From Candidatus Latescibacterota bacterium (GTDB lineage Bacteria > Latescibacterota > CBDEFO01): a stretch of DNA of 64,000 bases. Of the stretch, positions 61,222 to 64,000 are shown in pieces. Below the pieces are notes generated by a model. That model did not search any database. It was given only the letters and a program-made list of their open reading frames with translations, and was not told the DNA's origin. The stretch's first letter is position 1. Each line of letters begins with the position of its first letter. The position numbers and the translations under genes were made by a program. Location of the stretch: contig OZ252149.1 of assembly GCA_965248755.1 (NCBI GenBank), positions 672,001 to 736,000 on the forward strand. Reading direction: 5' to 3'.

Positions 61222-61266
61222 ATGGCTAAGGTCAAAACGAAATACGTGTGCCAATCGTTTGGCGCA
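61222..61266 (+). pseudogene. radA: radA/sms 5' fragment
   Basis: MAKVKTKYVCQSFG resembles the RadA N-terminus MAKxKTxYVCQxCG; nothing RadA-like follows. Confidence 0.5.
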
Positions 61267-61315
61267 GGAGACGGTGCTGGGATTAGGTTCCCTAACCGGT
61301 ATCTACTGAAGTTAA

Positions 61316-61383
61316 GGATCGCCTCACCCACGTGCTGTCTTGCGGCCTATCCAGAAAAGCGGCCACGCGCCTCGCTAATGACA
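61316..61383. repeat. Degenerate empty REP-like copy
   Basis: ggatcgcctcacccac...cttgcggcc...aaagcggccacgcgcctcgctaatgaca. Confidence 0.55.
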
Positions 61384-61407
61384 GGTCTATTAATGCTGAG
61401 GTAAACT

Positions 61408-63291
61408 ATGAATTTGTTGTTCCGCACGCTTGCCAGAATCAAGAAATACTGGCGCCACATGATAGTCTCTATTATCCTCACGGTGGCCTATGCCCTTCTG
61501 AGCGGTTTTAGCATTTGGATGCTCATACCCTTTATCGGCAATATATTTGACGCCGATAAGAAGCAAGAGATCATCCAATTCGAAAAGAAGGTTAAGGTAG
61601 GCACACTTGCCGACTTTAAGGCTAAGATAAAAAACCAGGTGGATGAGCTAGTAGCAGGAAAGACTAAACGGGATACGCTCAAGCGACTCTGTATATTAAT
61701 CGTGGTCGTCTACTTTCTGAAAAACCTCATCGGCTACGCCCAATCATATACGATGTACTTCATAGAGCAGAGCGTCGCAAGGGATTTCAGAGATTCTCTG
61801 TACCGGCACCTCCACAGACTCTCGCTTATGTACTTCCACCAGCATAAGACAGGGGAGCTCATCTCCACAATCATAAACGACATAAGAATTGTCAATGAGA
61901 CCATCGGGATGAGTCTTATTTACTTTATACGAGATCCTGTACTGCTTCTGTCGTATCTGGCAATTATGATACTTCTGAGCTGGAAGCTCACGCTGATGGT
62001 GCTCTTAGTAACCCCTTTAAGCCTGTTTATAATTGTAAAGATCGGAGCTAAACTCAAGAGGTACAGCGCGAGGTCGCAGGAAGGAATGGCCGAGATGATC
62101 TCTATCCTTCAGGAGACCATATCCGGTATCAGAATCGTTAAGGCCTTTGCAATGGAGAGGTTCGAGATAGAAAAATTTAAAAAGGAGCTGAACAAGTTCC
62201 TCAAGACCATGCTCAAGATGGCCCGGGTCGGCAGGGCTGCATCGCCTATCAACGAGTTCTTAGGAGTCTTATTCGGGATGATCATCCTGTGGGTAGGCGG
62301 AAATCAGGTCCTCTCTGGGGCTCCGGATGCGCTTCGACCTGAAGAATTTATCGTCTTTTTGGTGGCGCTATTTATGCTGATGCAGCCTGTAAGGAACCTC
62401 AGCCGCGCCAACAATAAGATACAGGTTGGGCTCGCCGCCGCCGAAAGGGTGTTCAGGATGCTGGATACAAAACCCAGGGTAGCTGACCGTCCTGGTGCAA
62501 TAAGGGTCAATTATATAAGAGATTCAATACGCTTCGAGGACATTTCTTTCAGATACGACGACAACGACGCTGTGCTTTCAGACGTAAATCTGGACGTTAC
62601 AGCAGGAGAGATGGTCGCCATAGTCGGTCCCTCGGGAGCGGGGAAATCCACGCTTGTGGACCTTATCCCACGTTTCTACGATCCCTCAAAAGGACGCATC
62701 ACCATAGATGGAGTAGACCTGAGAGACATCCAGATAGATTCGTTAAAAGGGATGATGGGAATAGTCACTCAGGAGACCGTCCTCTTCAACGATACACTCT
62801 GGAACAACATCGCTTACGGGTTATCTGATATTGCAGAGGAACGCGTCATAGAGGCCGCCAAAGCTGCCAACGCTCACGACTTTATAGTGGAGTTTTCCGG
62901 TGGATATGAAACTATTATCGGAGACAGAGGGGTCAAACTTTCTGGCGGACAAAGACAGCGCATCGCTATTGCCAGGGCAATACTCAAAGACCCTCCCATA
63001 CTTATACTCGACGAAGCCACGTCGTCTTTGGATACTGAATCTGAGGCGTTGGTACAAGAGGCTATAGAGCGTTTGATGGAAAACAGGACATCCATAGTCA
63101 TCGCTCACCGTCTTTCTACTATACGGAAGGCCCACAGAATAATCGTTATAGATGAGGGAAGGATAGTCCAACACGGGACGCATCGGGATCTTATAGCGGG
63201 CGATGGAGTCTATAAGAAGCTCTACGGTTTGCAGTTTTCGCATTTCCAATTCGATGACACCCTCTATTTGAAGCGCGCAGAAGAAAAATAG
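61408..63291 (+). CDS. MsbA-like ABC exporter (TMD plus NBD)
   Basis: GPSGAGKST, RFYDP, LSGGQRQR, LILDEATS, IAHRLST; six-TM domain. Confidence 0.92.
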   Translation: MNLLFRTLARIKKYWRHMIVSIILTVAYALLSGFSIWMLIPFIGNIFDADKKQEIIQFEKKVKVGTLADFKAKIKNQVDELVAGKTKRDTLKRLCILIVVVYFLKNLIGYAQSYTMYFIEQSVARDFRDSLYRHLHRLSLMYFHQHKTGELISTIINDIRIVNETIGMSLIYFIRDPVLLLSYLAIMILLSWKLTLMVLLVTPLSLFIIVKIGAKLKRYSARSQEGMAEMISILQETISGIRIVKAFAMERFEIEKFKKELNKFLKTMLKMARVGRAASPINEFLGVLFGMIILWVGGNQVLSGAPDALRPEEFIVFLVALFMLMQPVRNLSRANNKIQVGLAAAERVFRMLDTKPRVADRPGAIRVNYIRDSIRFEDISFRYDDNDAVLSDVNLDVTAGEMVAIVGPSGAGKSTLVDLIPRFYDPSKGRITIDGVDLRDIQIDSLKGMMGIVTQETVLFNDTLWNNIAYGLSDIAEERVIEAAKAANAHDFIVEFSGGYETIIGDRGVKLSGGQRQRIAIARAILKDPPILILDEATSSLDTESEALVQEAIERLMENRTSIVIAHRLSTIRKAHRIIVIDEGRIVQHGTHRDLIAGDGVYKKLYGLQFSHFQFDDTLYLKRAEEK

Positions 63292-63361
63292 ATCCGGACT
63301 CACTGTGCGGGAAAACATAAGATATGGGAAGCCATTAAGATGGAAAGGAATGATAATAATT

Positions 63362-64000
63362 ATGCGCTTGCCAAAGTCTCAGATCTCATCCTTCTATGAG
63401 AACGGCTACCTGCTCTTATGAGGAAGTGCTGAACGAGGACGACATAAGCCCGGTGATGGAGGAATATTCCTCCATCACCGACAAATGTGCACAGCAGTTG
63501 TATAAAGAGGGAAAACTCAGCGAGCTTTTCGCAGATGAACCCTTTGAAAGGCGACTGGTGTCCTTAGCCAGGGAAACCCCACAAATCGCCGGAGGGCTTG
63601 CCATTATGCAGGAGCGCAGGGTGGCGACCTTCAACTTTTTGAAGATTCCCAAGATTCTGGACCTGGCTGAATCGCTTGTCGGCTCTGAGATTGTGTGCAA
63701 TCCCATCCAGCACATAAGGGCAGTCCTTCCGCACCAACAGACCGGCACACGGCCGAGCGCCTGGCATCAAGACGCCGGCGTGTAGCTGGCCCGACGCTGA
63801 CCCCTACTTTATGCTCACAATCTGGGTACCCCTTGTGGACGCAACGCTGGAGAACGGCTGCTTAGAGGTGATGCCCAGAAGCCACACAGACGGTCTTAGG
63901 CGGCATACTCAGAACTCTTACGGGCTGGGCATAATTCCCGAAGATCTCCCATCCATCGAACCACAGCCCCTGCCTCTGCAGAGAGGCGGAGTCATCCTGT
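63362..64000 (+). pseudogene. Phytanoyl-CoA dioxygenase (PhyH) family, two frameshifts, runs off the window
   Basis: FYENGYLL / ...WHQDAGV / WPDAD..LTIWVPLVDATLENGCLEVMPRSH, with frame changes near 63415 and 63784. Confidence 0.8.

Noticed and set aside
7636..61383. Repeats as a CRISPR array
   Set aside because: Copies are dispersed, not regularly spaced with unique spacers, and there are no cas genes.

Overview
Chromosomal segment of a diderm (lpxK, MsbA-like) bacterium. A PorV-like barrel, a region-1.1-less sigma70 and a 'GDFDGD' EF-hand-like tail suggest an FCB-related candidate phylum such as Latescibacterota or Handelsmanbacteria (inference only). The centrepiece is a complete UBact-type prokaryotic ubiquitin-like/20S proteasome locus: arc, dop, ubact, prcB, prcA, pafA. 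In it, pafA is displaced by a ~1.95 kb cargo insertion bounded by a 77-bp duplication of the pafA 5' end. Housekeeping genes include gltBD (compositionally different from the rest), ctpA, sucCD, lpxK-nadB-guaA, gatB, an unusual nuoB-C-I-D cluster, lpdA, dnaE, dusB and larB. Intergenic DNA carries three families of short palindromic repeats. One is a ~21-bp hairpin that sits inside a larger REP-like element with an apparent CTTG target duplication, nests in itself, and is probably translated in frame in one gene. The window also holds an apparently intact IS3-family element, an IS1595 remnant, attC-like remnants, a hicB-hicB-hicA(frameshifted) module and several pseudogenes. No rRNA, tRNA or CRISPR array was recognised. 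All calls come from reading the sequence; no searches were run.
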